From the NCBI RefSeq assembly GCF_035084215.1, contig NC_090325.1, positions 184,450,001-184,514,000 on the forward strand: a DNA stretch of 64,000 nt, written 5' to 3'. Under the pieces are notes generated by a model. It ran no database searches, was not told where the DNA came from, and was given only the letters and a program-made list of their open reading frames with translations. Source of the stretch: Heptranchias perlo (taxonomy: Eukaryota). Positions within the stretch are counted from its first letter, which is position 1; the number at the start of each line of letters is the position of its first letter. This document shows positions 35,376 to 49,240 of this stretch, piece by piece. A program made the translations under genes and the position numbers.

Positions 35376-36454
35376 GTAAGACATAGGAATTTAGTGTGCC
35401 ATTCACAGTTACACAAACACTACATCTGAGTCAGTATCCACACCTCAGTGCTTACTCTCGTATTTATAAAGACAAAACTGAACAAAATGTCAGTGTGATC
35501 TTTACTTCAATACCGGCAATGAGAGACTTGGAAAAACTAGAGCTGCATTTGATGGAGCAGAGAAAGTCATGGGGAATGTAATAGAAAGTTTGAAAGGTTT
35601 GTGAGCATAAATAATGAAGTCTTTTCACTGGTGATTTGGGAACAAGTGGGTATAAAGTTAGGATTAGTACAAGAAGCATAGAAGAAAGGGGGTAGAAGAG
35701 TTTGTTCATGCAAAGGCATTTTAGAACATGGAATGCTGTACTGCAAGTGGCTACTGATCTCAAATTAATAGGATTTAAGAAGGAAATGGATAAACACTCG
35801 AAGAAAAATATCAAAAGATACAGAGTAAGAGAAGGGAAATGGGATCAGAGTAAATAACTCGTGTAGCTGGCATAGGCACAGTGGTTTTCTTCTGTGCTGA
35901 AATGCCTCGATTCTACAGTATTATTTGATGCAGTATTAACATCCATGAGAGTTCAGGAAATCCACAACGTAGTACACTCTTAAAATTCTGACAGCTAATG
36001 CATCTCTTATAATCTTTCAACACTTGTGCATACATATTCCAGGAAGATTCCAGTTTGGATAAACGTGGTTCAAAAAGACATTGACACATTATTGTGGCTT
36101 TTACAAACGTTTTTCATTGAGAATTGCTGTGTATAATATCTTGGTTTGAAATTTCTTAGAAACCAACAGTCACTATTAGTCATCAGAATTTTGTAAACCT
36201 TTGCTGTGGGTCCAATGTGAGAGAAGTTGTTGCGTGCCATTTTTTTATATAGATGTTCAACACTCACTACATAGAAATACATAGAAGATACAACACACAA
36301 ACATTTAACCCAACCAGTCTGTGTCGATGTTTAACCTCCACATGTGCAAATCATATTTACCCACCCTGTTCCCATATCCCTTCAACCCCTTTTTCTTCAT
36401 CCACCTATCCAATCCAATCTTGAATGTTGACATAGTTTCTGCCTCAGCCACTAA

Positions 36455-36708
36455 TGGACTCATAAATTAAGTATGGGCGCTTGGATGAGGTACTAAAGGG
36501 TTGTTAATTGTATTATGAGATTTAGATCAATTAGTGTTAATTGTATTCAGTTGGTGTGTGCCAAGTGGGGACTCTCTTGTATCCATTTTATATGAGAGCT
36601 TATCTAAGGTGTGTGTGAGACGAATCTCTGTGAATAAAGGATTGGAAGCAACTAAAGACCAGGCTCTAGTAATCTAACCTTCACCAATTGGCTATCCTAT
36701 TCGTAACA
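36455..36708 (+). mobile_element. Possible truncated solo LTR
   Basis: TATA-like ttttatat, AATAAA, terminal ..TAACA; no matching 5' TGT or TSD found. Confidence 0.3.
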
Positions 36709-37835
36709 AATGTGACCAGTGCCTGAATAAGCTTAACTCGACAAGAGTTTGAAGAAAAGGAAAGGGCAGAAAATTGGGAGGAAAATTACTACCATCTTTT
36801 CCATACCCCTTGTGACATTTACTCTCTGCATCCCATATTCTAATCGTCCATCCATCATCTATTGATTTGATTGTTCATTATTAAGTACCTTGCTTCTGTA
36901 AGCTTGCGGTCCAGCTATGAATAAAGAGAGGAACTTTTGTGGACAATCTGTGTGAAAGCTGTAAGCATACTCAAGAATGAATTTGTGGAGAATGTAAATG
37001 TGCGTGTGCACATGCAAATGCATATGTGTATTGGGAGAGAGAGAGGATAGAGATACAGATTATACTGATACTGTAGTCCAGTCTGATTACTCCAGTTCTA
37101 TTCAAGTTGAAAAGATAGAGATACTGATTCTGTAGTCTGCCCAATTACTCCAGTTCTTCTCTAGTTTAAGTCTAGTGTCCAAAAGTTTAAAATCCTGAAC
37201 CTACAATATGAAATTTAATGCCACAATGATGCTGCTCTCATCTTTTCTCATGAACGGTCCTGTTAGATCACATCTACCACCAAGTTCCGCTCCAAATCAC
37301 ACACCATCCTGACTTGGATATAAATCGCTGTTCCTTCATCGTCACTGGGTCAGTATCCTGAAATTCTCTACTGATGTCCGTGTGGGAGCACTATCACCAC
37401 ATGGACTGCAGCAGTTCAAGGAGAAAGCTCCACCACTTTCTCAGGGCAACTAGCGATGGGCAATAAATGTGGTCTTGTCGGCGACGCACATCCCAAGAAC
37501 AGATTTTTAAAAATAAGATTAAACTCCTAACAATGTCAGTGGAAAGCTTTAAACATAATGGAGTAGAAGTTACTATTTGCAGCATTATTATATGAACACT
37601 TGACCCTCCTCGTACCAGATTCCTCTTTCATTCACAGTAATCTATGTATATAGCTATAATTTTAACGAGGGATCCACTGCATGTCCAAATTTTAGAGTCT
37701 ATTATCAGAGCTTCCGATTGGGGTTTTATTGCCTCTTTGGCCCTATGGGAAGTGCAGAGAAATATTTAATCTTGTGATAATATTACAGCAGTGTGCTAAA
37801 GAATGATTTCAATAAATGTTTTATTCCAATTCTAG

Positions 37836-37934
37836 TTTCATCAGTTGGATGTAATTGAACAGAAGGTCTTTGCCACTGTGGGTGTACCAGAGGGCTTCCT
37901 TACAAAGAAGGCATCAGGTCAAGCAGTCAGGAAG
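37836..37934 (+). CDS. HELQ: HELQ exon 14
   Basis: FHQLDVIEQKVFATVGVPEGFLTKKASGQAVRK. Confidence 0.95.
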
Positions 37935-38228
37935 GTAAGACTGAAGTCTGCTCTGTTGAGGGATATTGGAGAGACATTCCCCTTACAAATAGGCAGGCTG
38001 ATTTCCCCTAGATGGGAATCCAGAACCTTTATCCTTTGTAAATTCCTTGCAAAAGTAGATTCCTTAAAGTTTAATGAGAAGATTTTCCCTGACTTTTTTC
38101 ACAGCCAGGAAATATGTGTCCTAAACATTAATCTCTCCTGGCAGTTATATTTGTTTCAGATGCTCTCAGTCCTGATACCACGTGCCACCTTCAGGATATT
38201 AAATCACCATGTGGGAGGTTTTTGTAAG

Positions 38229-38675
38229 GTGTCAGCCTTGGCTCCGTGGTAGCATTCTCGCCACTGAGTCAGAAGGTTGTGGGTTTGAGCCCCATTCCAG
38301 AGACTTGTGCACAGAATCTAGGCAACACTCCAGTGCAGTACAGAGAGAGTGCTGCATTGCCGGAGGTGCCGTCTTTCGGATGAAATGTTAAACCAAGGCC
38401 CAGTCTGCCCTCTCAGGTGGATGGAAAAGATCCCATGGCACTATTCGAATAAGAGCAGGGGAGTTGTCCCAGTTTTCTTGCCCTCAATCAACGTCACTCA
38501 GACAAATTATCCGGTTATTTACCTAATTGCTGTTTGTGGGACTTTGCGTGCAAATTGGCTGCCACGTTCCCCTACATTACAACAGTCACTACACTTCAAA
38601 AAGAACTTCATTGGCTGTAAAACGCTTTGGGATGTCCTGAGGTCATGAAAGGAGATAAATGCAAGTTATTTCTTT
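38229..38675 (+). mobile_element. tRNA-derived Deu-domain SINE (SacSINE1-like), near full length
   Basis: A-box TGGCTCCGTGG, B-box GGGTTTGAGCCC; core aaagatcccatggcactattcgaa; tail ataaatgcaag; at least 4 other copies in the window. Confidence 0.8.
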
Positions 38676-40377
38676 TAATGAATGAATGGTTTAGAATACA
38701 GCCCAAAGGTCTATATTTTCCCAGCACTTTGGGAGGAGAGTGTCTCTACTGCTACTGGGCTGCCCAGACCAAGGTTGTGATGGACTGTGTTCACGCACCT
38801 GCCCACCACCTGCAATACAGCAGGAACATTACAATCCTATTTTCACCTTCATATTAACATTTTCTCTCATCTTAAGTGTCTTAAGTGATTTATTAGGCTG
38901 ACACAGCTTGCTGCTATTTTCTTATCCAATTGGGTTGTTTTGGCAGCTGGCTCATTTAACAAAACCCTGACTGTGAGGGGCAAGGCTCACAGTCAGGCTG
39001 GGAGAAGGGCCTCAGATAGCTTTCTAGAAGAAGGTGTACTTCAGTTACACTGTTCCTCATCTTGGAAATGATGACTTTTTCTCTGCATCAAAATTCATTA
39101 CTTTTTGTCACATCCTGCACATTTCTCCAAAGCTTCTCAACTTTTGATGAGAGTGGAGCAGTTTATTTCCACTATTGTCTGAGATTACATTGTTCTCCTT
39201 TATTGAAATTCTATTTTGTTATGTGTGAAATAAATGGTCTCCAGCCCTAATTTATTGGTTTGGAATTCAGATCTGAATCGCTGTCTGGATCCAGACACTG
39301 TGAACAGTTGGAGCAAATTATTTATTCTGCTTTAACATTGAGAAGTTTCTCTGATTTTTATAATTATAGCTATTGCTGCACAGTAAAAGAAATGGTTTCA
39401 ACAAAGCACATTGCCTGCTACAGGGTGTGAGGAACAAAATTTCCCTGAGTCAAATTCACCTTCTAAAGGAAAAGGATTATTAAGATTTCCGTAACATTTG
39501 AAAACCAGGGTAAGCTGTAATACACCCATTCCAATGCGACTTTGCTAAACAGGATACAAACGCAACCCAACTGCAATGATACATGACCCTCAATTTTAGT
39601 TATGATCAGGATACAATTGTTGCATGACTTCAGATTGCATTTTCCCAGTGCAGAATATGTACTGACCTAGTTTGAGTAACAAACACTGAATATTTTCTGC
39701 AGAGCGGTGGAATGAGGCAACAACACTAACAGATTTAGTATTTTAAAAATGCGAAGGACGATAAAAGTAATTAGTGCTAAAGTCAAAGGCCCAATAGCCA
39801 GTGTATTTAAATGATCTTTCCTAAGGAATTTGCAAGCTTAGCAGTGACAGCTTCTGGCTGGACTATTAACTCTTATGTTTTCTTAAAAATGAGAAAAAGA
39901 GGGAACACCAGTCATGAACATGTTCCAAATGAACAATTTTTTTTAAAAGTTGGAATTGAATCAGCCTCAGCAGCTCATACCGCTAATGTTGACTGCTCAT
40001 AAATTGAGTCCCAGACTTGTCCCGGCTTTGACCAGGCCCACGCTTTAAGTAAAAATTTCAGCTCAAATTTGAGTGTTAATACTTTCTAGTTGGTTCAGTT
40101 ACGTAAATGTACAGGTTTTGGTATGGAACCATAATAGCTACCTTCTGGTTTTTTTTGTGGAATGTGATTCTTGCAACTAATTAGTTCCTGTTAACCATGT
40201 GGCTGAGTATATATGTATATAAATAAACTTGTTATAGAGTGAGTGGGGTTTATAGTTGCTGACATATCCCATCCAGGAGCAGGATAGCATCTCTACTGAC
40301 TCACAGGAACATTACTGCTGTGGAGTACAAATGGTTGTATCAGTTACAAGTATTCAAATGCATTTTTCTTTTTGTAG

Positions 40378-40551
40378 ACTATAGATGACTTTGTCGTAAC
40401 CCGGTTCTACCTATCCTTGGTGCTCTACTCCCTTTTCAAAGAGATGAACATGTGGGCTGTGGCACTGAAGTTCAACATGCCTCGTGGCTTTATGCAAAGT
40501 TTGCTGAGTTCAGCAGCAGCTTTCTGCTCTAGTGTGCTGCATTTCTGTGAG
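40378..40551 (+). CDS. HELQ: HELQ exon 15
   Basis: TIDDFVVTRFYLSLVLYSL..KFNMPRGFMQSLL..VLHFCE. Confidence 0.96.
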
Positions 40552-41642
40552 GTATTTGTAAAGCCTTTATTTAATATTTTCAAGGGACATTTTTCTGCAA
40601 TTGAAAAACCTCTATAATACACTAAGTGCATTTTCATTGCTAAACTTCATCAGTTCCTGACCGAAGTAAAAGAAACCTAATTGCAAAGAGAGAAAGAACT
40701 AGCAAATAACATCTCAAAATCCAACTTTTTAAACAATTTTATAAGCAACTTGGTAAACCTATTAATAAGAAGCTTGACAACATATATTCTGCACTTGTTT
40801 GCTTGTTATGTCTGAACACTGCCTGTATTTGCTCTTCTGTGAGTCATTGTTAGGCAGAAACATTGGGACAGAACTTTCTCTTTTGATCTACAGATCAGCC
40901 ATGATCTAATTGAATGGCGGAATAGATTTGAGGGGCTGAATGTTGGGCTAGAGTGTAAATAATTGCCTGGATGAAGCGCATAGAGAAAAATCGAACGGAG
41001 GGGATCACACGCCCGTAACGGAACTTGTCTGATACTCCGTCCATTCCAATATTTACACCCAAGTGCAAAAGAGGAATATATGCCCCCATTGTCTTTTTCT
41101 ATCCAATCACTCTTACTGGAAAGGGCACATGTGAATTCGAGGGGGGACAGGATGGCTGTGATGCCTTCCAAAGTGTAGCAGCTTGCTTTTTTTTTCAGCA
41201 CTTACAAATGAATGCATCAGAAAGTTGCCATTGCTCATGGAACTGTACCCCAGAAGCCTCAGACGAGGGGGGGAAACGTGGGCAAAAAATTTGAAATCGC
41301 AAATATGGACAACCACCTAACATTTTTACACATTTTTAACAATATTAAAGAGGGACATCCCAATGGTACACAGAGTGATAGGAAGCAGGTTCCACACACA
41401 ACTTGTTTTAGTGCTTTCCTAAGTCTCAACTGGGGTGCGAACGCAAAGTGGAGATAAAACACTTGCTATCTTTGCTATCAAAAACACAATTTTTGAGATA
41501 TATATATATATATTAGTACATCATCTCAACAATTGTGTTTTTGGAGCATCTTATGTATATCTTATCTATATGTGTGTATTAATAAAAAATAGTGTTTCTT
41601 TTTTAACTAAGATTAATTTCAGTTTTGTTTTATTGCCTGCAG

Positions 41643-41756
41643 GAATTAGAGGAGTTCTGGGCATATCGGGCTCTCTTTATAGATCTCACTCATAAACTGT
41701 CATACTGTGTGAAACCAGAACTTGTCCCACTTATGGAAGTAACGGGTGTCCTAGAG
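41643..41756 (+). CDS. HELQ: HELQ exon 16
   Basis: [29 protein letters not shown]. Confidence 0.96.
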
Positions 41757-42133
41757 GTTTGTAAATCTGAATTATTCTTTTTATAAAAGACCAGGATGAA
41801 GTTTGCCCGCCAAATGAAGCATCTGGCAATAAAGTAACATATTTCAAAAATGACTATATTCCAATGCACCATGGTAGATTTGTAAAGCATCAAAAGGGTG
41901 ACACCTGAAACATTAACTTGTGGTTTCTCTCTGCAGATGCTGATTTGACCTGCTGTGTAATTCCAACATTTTCTGTTTTTGTATCAGTTTCTTTTTTAGT
42001 TATCCAATTGCAGCTCCTCCAAAATCAACTTCCTTTTATGAACTCCTGTAAAGCTGAATAATAGTCAGAAAAGCATTAATGTGTTAGTAATGTATTACGC
42101 TGTATCCAATTATTTAACTGTTTTGGTTTGCAG

Positions 42134-42268
42134 GCTCGCGCTCGGCAGTTGCACACTGCTGGTTATAAATCTTTGTCTCATCTGGCTAATGCAAGACCTG
42201 AAGTGTTGGTCAAGACAATTGAGCATATGTCCAGACGCCAGGCTAAGCAGATTGTTTCCTCTGCTAAA
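42134..42268 (+). CDS. HELQ: HELQ exon 17 (helix-hairpin-helix, RAR motif)
   Basis: [33 protein letters not shown]. Confidence 0.96.
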
Positions 42269-43661
42269 GTAAGTACCATTTTCTGGCTTCACGTCATTGT
42301 TTATATGTATGTATGTATGTGTGTATATATACATATTTATATATATATTAATAATGTGATCAGTCGAGTACTTTTGTTTCTTCTCCTAAGTAGATGTGAG
42401 TGTCGAATGAAGCCCAAGGGCACTTGTTGCCTTGAAGGAGTGCAACAATGGCAGGCATATAGTTGTCCTGTCACCAGTGACGCTCCTAGTTATAAAAGAG
42501 GTGGCCTCAGGTGATCCTATGACATTTTTATGTAATTCCTGCATTACAACAGTGATGATACTTCAGAAATACTTCATTGGCTGTAAAGCGTTTTGCGATG
42601 TCCTGAGGTCGTGAAAGGCGCTATATAAATGCAAGTTCTTTCTTTAATTAGATACCTCTTGTTCTGAGCTGATAGACACGTGGACCCAGCTCTCCCACAC
42701 TTATGTGCTTGTGACACATACAACCATACACACCATGAGCATCTTCACATTGATTCCCAAGCTCTGCTATTTATGTAGGACTATATTGGATTTGGAAATA
42801 TTATTTCAAAGTTCCTTCTCAATCCCAATCAATAGTGTTGTATTCGTGCTGCTAAGTAGATAAGCATCGCATGGCTTTATGATGGACACGGTTCTCTGGG
42901 ATGGAGCTGACGAATAATTATACACTGTTGCTGACTGCTGACACATCGCTGAGCCACCTATTTCCTGGGCCTCAGTGGAGAGGGAGCAGTCAAATCAGAG
43001 TGAGATTTGGCTGCTGCAGAATTAACATGGCTGCAGGTGTATGTTCAGCACTAAAATTCTAGAATAATAAAGTCTCATAGTATAAGCATGAGAGAAACTG
43101 CAATACTCTCAGGGAGAATTGCCCTCCATTTGCAGAGGCCTGGGAATAAGTTGACTGCAGTTAGTGCATTCTGTGGGTTGGAGGGAGAATAGTGATTCCA
43201 TATCTGTGCTAAAAATGGATTTGGCGTGTGCTGCTGTTTAAACATTCGTATTCACGTAGAGATCAATCATTCAGAAAAATTAACTATTGGATTGCAAAAT
43301 AAACAGAGCCTATAGCCAGTATATTTCCAATTGTATATTACCCCGTTGTAGTATGCATTAAAAAGGAGAAACATTTCATAACCATATCAGTAAACGAACC
43401 CTGCTACCATCCAATTGCATAAGTACAATTGAGAATTGCCTGAATTACCAGCATTTACAGTACTGTGTATATTGTAAGAATAAACACAGTCAAGAACAAT
43501 CGGGTTTTAAGTTAATGTTGCCAGTAGAACAATGTGATGAAGGGTACACACCCAAAATATCAAAGTCTACCGTTTCTTTTTACAGGTGCTGACTGACCTG
43601 CGTATTTCCACCTTTTTCTGTTTTTATTTCAAAATTATTCTTGGTTGTTATCTGTTTATAG

Positions 43662-43769
43662 ATGTTGCTAAATGAAAAAGCTGAAGCTTTACAAGAAGAA
43701 GTAGAAGAACTTCTGAGACTGCCCAGTGACTTACCGCTACAGTCATTATCTACTGAGGGTGCCCAGTGA
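43662..43769 (+). CDS. HELQ: HELQ exon 18 (last coding exon)
   Basis: MLLNEKAEALQEEVEELLRLPSDLPLQSLSTEGAQ*. Confidence 0.94.
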   Translation: MLLNEKAEALQEEVEELLRLPSDLPLQSLSTEGAQ

Positions 43770-44152
43770 CCTACCACTACGGTGTGTATCTACTGAGGGT
43801 GCCCAGTGACCTACCGCTACAGTGTGTATCTACTGAGGGTGCCCAGTGACCTACCGCTACAGTGTGTATCTACTGAGAGTGCCCAGTGACCTACCGCTAC
43901 AGTGTGTATCTACTGAGAGTGCCCAGTGACCTACCGCTACAGTCATTATCTACTGAGACTGTCCAGTGACCTACCACTACGGTGTGTATCTACTGAGGGT
44001 GCCCAGTGACCTACCGCTACAGTGTGTATCTACTGAGAGTGCCCAGTGACCTACCGCTACAGTCTGTAACTACTGAGAGTGCCCAGTGACTTACTGCTAC
44101 AGTCTGTAACTACTGAGGCGGCCCAATGACTTACCGCTACAGTCTACCTACT
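43713..44152 (+). repeat. 40-bp minisatellite, 11 copies, spanning the HELQ C-terminus and 3' UTR
   Basis: gcccagtgac (or 1-nt variants) at exact 40-bp spacing from 43721 to 44121. Confidence 0.95.
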
Positions 44153-44455
44153 GCACACAATTACTAAATGAACAAAGATATTGTCTGTACCATAGATGAT
44201 TGTAACTGCAATTGTGGTTAAACTAAGTGGAGAGTTTTAGGTCAAGCAGCCTGTTTTGTTGCATTGTATGATTTAGTAGAGCAGAGCAGTTGTCTGAGTG
44301 TACAAATACAACCCCATAAGATCTGTAAACTACAGTGTATATATTTCTTATTGTAGAAATAGTATTGAAGTAGCCTCAAGTAAATATTTAACTAGATTTG
44401 ATTATTCAAATGTCTATATACATACCTTTTTATAAAAGTACACAAAATCAAGTGC

Positions 44456-44461
44456 AATAAA
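44456..44461 (+). terminator. Probable HELQ polyadenylation signal
   Basis: First AATAAA after the stop codon, followed by T/GT-rich sequence. Confidence 0.55.
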
Positions 44462-46069
44462 ATATTGAAAATTTCTAATATTGTTTACTGAAATGCTTCG
44501 GTGAGGGGGTTTGGGGAGTCGGGGTGGGGATCCCAGAGATGAAGTACAAATGTAACATGATATTAAAGATGTAGAATCCTGCAGTGCAATGCACTGGTGC
44601 AGAGAGCTTGTGCTTCCAGCCCATCCGGCTCACTGAAAGGGGCAGCCTGGTAGTTTTCATGGTGCATGGCACCTTTGACAATGTGAGGTAAACGCTTCTC
44701 AAATATCAGGATAAAGATTTGGTCCAATCTTCAAAAATGAGCAACCAGGTCAAAGAAATAGGAAGGCTAATGCCCAGTACGTTCGTGGGAAGCACGGAGG
44801 GTTCATCATTTAGAAAGAATTTAAATCGAGCCAAATCTCCAGTTACACACAGCTGAGTGCGCAAGCCTTCTCCCCCTTTGCTGCTTCTTCCTGCCTCATC
44901 TCACTGCACCCCACCCCATGTAAGCACCATGTATTTTCCCACATTCCCCGCTCCCACCCTGCCCCCCAACAAAAAACCCTATTGCCACGCTTTTCTCAGC
45001 AATAGTCCACAACCCCCTTTCCACTATTTTCCTCCCCTCCCACATCCCTCTCCCGACACTCCCACACATAGCAACCCTCTCTCGCCAAAGCTCCCACGCT
45101 TCCAATCCATGCTTCATCTCAAAATTGCCCTTAACCTGCCCACTGCCACATGCAACCCATCCCCTCCCCCCACTTCCCAACACTAGCCTCCCAACACCTA
45201 ACCACACTGCCCTTGTACTGCTACACACCATACCCGCTACCTACTGCATCCCAGGCTTTAGAAAAAAGTAACAAGTAAAATTAATGACATATCTAAACAA
45301 ACAGCTAATAATCATTACGCCACTGATTATAGTTTCCATAGCGATAAACATGGAACTTGACCTGAAAATACTACCGTACTATGTAATAAAAACAGTTTAG
45401 TTTATTCCATCACGATAATTCAGTAGCCTAGACAATATATGGTGGGTCACATATGGGCTAAAACAGCATGTCCATCAATTCAACATGAGCGACACCAAGG
45501 CGATCTGCTAAATATTGTAGAGTGTAGTCCTTCAAAGTGTAAACATTTTTTTAAATAAACAAAGAGCCACTTTATGATGGCTTCTTCAAACTAGGTGTCA
45601 AAAATTTGTAAGTAGCTACCAACTTGGAAAAGTCCCTCACCACAATAGTAAATAACCTCTGCTTGATGTCGGGATGTGCGTATTTACAGCGGTTAGACAG
45701 TGTGGTCTTAAAGGGACAGGCCAAATTAAACTCAGACGAACCTCAACAGCAGAATAATACGTTGTAACGCTCCTGAAATTAATCATCGGATTTTCCGACA
45801 GTTTTCCAAATTTCCCGAACAGCCCTGTGAACCGTCTAGTCCCACATCAGGTAGACGGCAGCTCAGACTGTCACCATCAGCTAATTCCGCCTCCCTCCCA
45901 AAATGCTGACTTCATCTGATGGTTTCAGAATGAAATCTTCTTTTGTTGTTTCCTTGCACTTTTTTTGTTATCACTTGTCAATGAAGCTCCAAGAAAAGCA
46001 CAGCAGCTTTTATTTCACACGTTAACTTCACACACACACACACACACACTGAATTGAGATGCCTCCCAG

Positions 46070-46395
46070 CTCTGCCCTGTTGTTGGAAGGCGGGTCAATG
46101 ATTCATTCGGTGGAGTCGAGTCGTTTGCACCGCTGGCTCTTTGCCATGTTGATCAGGTGACAACTGACTTACCTGTTGTGGGAGGACAAGGAAACAGTAA
46201 AGAGGCGCTGAGCTTCTGCCTGGGCAGTGCCTGTCTCTTTAAGTGTGCAGAAAGGAACTTGACTGGGGATTTAGCAGGTTAAAGCGGAACTGAGAGAGCT
46301 GAAGTCCGGGGAGAAGGGGTATCGAGAGCCGGAGTCCTGCTACCTCTGCTTGTCCGGCTCTAGATCCCGATCCGTCTCCGTTTTGAAGCCGGGCC
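46070..46395 (+). promoter_or_regulatory. HPSE promoter / 5' UTR, CpG-enriched
   Basis: CpG density rises into exon 1; GGCGGG box at about 46089; (CA)n at 46029-46049. Confidence 0.45.
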
Positions 46396-46613
46396 ATGAG
46401 CTCCCCGGTGCTGTTGACGCTCCGGCTGCTGAGCTGCTCTGTGGTTGCGGTCACCCCGGGGATTTTCGCCGCTTCCCCAGGCTCCGAGTGGCGGCCGGAG
46501 TCAGTGCGAGTTCAGCCGGAGTTCGCTCGCTCCCTGCGCGCCGTCAGCCCTCGCTTCTTGTCGGTGGCTCTGGACGCCTCCTTACTCCGGACAGACAGCC
46601 TGGATTTACTCCG
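46396..46613 (+). CDS. HPSE: Heparanase exon 1 (signal peptide, start of 8-kDa subunit)
   Basis: gccATG; hydrophobic N-terminus; LRAVSPRFLSVALDASL matches HPSE VSPSFLSVTIDANL; donor CG|GTAAGT. Confidence 0.92.
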
Positions 46614-46659
46614 GTAAGTGATCGAGGTACTGTCGGTGACTCGGGAAGAAACAGTCACA

Positions 46660-47724
46660 GCAACCCCAGTACCAGGATTGTACCCACTGATCGGTTTATA
46701 CAGTAATCCCGGTACCAGGATTGTACCCACTGATCGGTTTATACAGTAATCCCGGTACCAGGATTGTACCCACTGATCGGTTTATACAGTAACCCGGTAC
46801 CAGGACTGTACCAACTGATCGGTTTATACAGTAGCCCGGGTACTGGGATTGTACCCACTGATCGGTTTATACAGTAACCCGGTACCAGGATTGTACCAAC
46901 TGATCGGTTTATACAGTAACACGGGTACTGGGATTGTACCCACTGATCGGTTTATACAGTAACCCGGGTACTGGGATTGTACCCACTGATCGGTTTATAC
47001 AGTAACCCGGTACCAGGATTGTACCCACTGATCGGTTTATACAGTAGCCCGGGTACTGGGATTATACCCACTGATCGGTTTATACAGTAACCTGGGTACT
47101 GGGATTGTACCCACTGATCAGTTTATACAGTAACCCGGGTACTGGGATTGTACCCACTGATCGGTTTATACAGTAACCCGGGTACTGGGATTGTACCCAC
47201 TGATCGGTTTATACAGTAACCTGGGTACTGGGATTGTACCCACTGATCAGTTTATACAGTAACCCGGGTACTGGGATTGTACCCACTGATCAGTTTATAC
47301 AGTAACCCGGGTACTGGGATTGTACCCACTGATCAGTTTATACAGTAACCCGGGTACTGGGATTGTACCCACTGATCGGTTTATACAGTAGCCCGGTACC
47401 AGGATTGTACCCACTGATCGGTTTATACAGTAATCCCGGTACCAGGATTGTACCCACTGATCGGTTTATACAGTAACCCGGGAACCAGGATTGTACCCAC
47501 TGATCGGTTTATACAGTAACCCGGGTACCAGGATTGTACCCACTGATCGGTTTATACAGTAATGGATTGTACCCACTGATCGGTTTATACAGTAGCCCGG
47601 GTACTGGGATTGTACCCACTGATCGGTTTATACAGTAGCCTGGGTACTGGGATTGTACCCACTGATCGGTTTATACAGTAGCCCGGGTACTGGGATTGTA
47701 TCCACTGATCGGTTTATACAGTAA
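46660..47724. repeat. 42-43-bp minisatellite, about 25 copies, in HPSE intron 1
   Basis: Unit ggattgtacccactgatcggtttatacagtaacccgggtactg; highly homogeneous, with one 33-bp unit. Confidence 0.97.
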
Positions 47725-48879
47725 CAAAGTAAAAAATACAGTTATAAGAGCAAAGCGAAAAACAGTTCCTCGTGGATGCTATCATGGGTTTTGTTGTGCC
47801 GCCGGTGGTATAGCGGTGAGCATGTACTGGTTGAAAATTATAGTCCGTAGGCACAATCGCCCGCAAACCGATGGTAGGGAAATCGGAGGGACAGCCACAC
47901 TTTTCCTGCACACTTCCCTTTGCTCCAGGTTCACTCAAGCCAATTGTCATCTTTGAACAAAACTTTGATTCAGCGGTTCTCAAATATTTTCAGGCTGGGC
48001 ACCATTGGAAAAACTCTCAGCCTCTCACACGCCTGGAGCCAAAAAAATGCTTCTCACTCCTTTACTTCTGCTTTTCTCTCTCACTTCATTCAGTGTTTTG
48101 CTCTATCAGTACTCCACTTGTCTCAGTCCCTCTCCTCTTTCACTTCTGTTTCTCTTTCACTGTATTCTCTGCTTGTAGTTTCTCTTTCTTCCCCCATTAT
48201 TTTCATCTCTCCTCCACTTTTGTTTCTCATCTTCCTTTTTTCTTCCTATCACCTTTTTTGTTTTGCTTTTTGCATCCAGTTTCCTTTTCCTATTTCCTAC
48301 AGCGTTGGAGCTGCTGTGCAGGAAGAGTACAGGGAAGATGACGGAGGGGCCTCTCTGTCGTTGGAGAGGTTGGGGTTCAACTTCAAAATTAGCTACAGGG
48401 AACGGGACTTCCAAAAAAGAGCCATGGGGTGTGGGGGATTATTAATTGTTGATCAAGATTGTGCTCCGTACACAATTTGGTTCCTGTACTTTCAGCTCCC
48501 ACTAAGGAAACTGCAAAGGAAGCCACAATAACGAAGATGTTGAGTTTGACATGTGGCAAATTAATGGGCTGCATTGTTTAGCTGATGATAATGTTATCAC
48601 AAACCACTTTCGATGTATATTTTGCCTTTTTATGTGATAAATATAGTTATTGAAACAGTTTTAAGACAGAGTAATGTATTACATGGAAGCAGCTATTTTT
48701 ACACTGGTATTATTTCTCTGATGCCATTCTCTCCATACACAGAAAGCATATTTTCTGGAATTCTCTGCTTTTATTATGGAAAGGCTATCTCGTTTCCTCT
48801 TTATCCTTGTTGTATAAACAATGGCTCAGTGACCCATTGAATAAACATGGGTTTCAACCGGTTTCTAAATATTATTGCA

Positions 48880-49240
48880 CTCCTTCCAGTCCAGTGCTGA
48901 GGGACTGCTGCACTGTCGGACGTGCCATCTTTTAAATGGGATGTTAAACTAAGGCTACGTCTGCCCTCTCAGGTCGACGTAAAAGATCCCATGGCACTGT
49001 TCGATAAGAGCAGGGGAGTTCTCCCAGTGTCCTGGCCAATATTTATTCCCCAACCAATATCACTAAAACAGTTTAATTGATCATTTATCTCATTGCTGTT
49101 TGTGGGGCCTTGCTCTGCACAAATTGGCTGCTGCGTTTCCTACATTACAACAGTGACTACACTTCAAAAGTACTTCATTGGATGTGAAGCACTTTTGGAC
49201 ATCCTGAAGACATGATGGGCGCTATATAAATGGAAGTCTT
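48880..49240 (+). mobile_element. Deu-domain SINE, 5'-truncated
   Basis: Homologous to 38229-38675. Confidence 0.8.

Noticed and set aside
43713-47724. CRISPR-like appearance of the two regular arrays
   Set aside because: Head-to-tail units with no unique spacers, no cas genes, eukaryotic context
47804-47823. GGTGGTATAGCGGTGAGCAT resembles the tRNA-Gly D-arm/A-box
   Set aside because: No anticodon arm, T-arm/B-box or acceptor stem downstream; not a tRNA gene
47871-48531. 156- and 203-aa Phe/Ser/Leu-rich ORFs
   Set aside because: Translation of a polypyrimidine tract in HPSE intron 1
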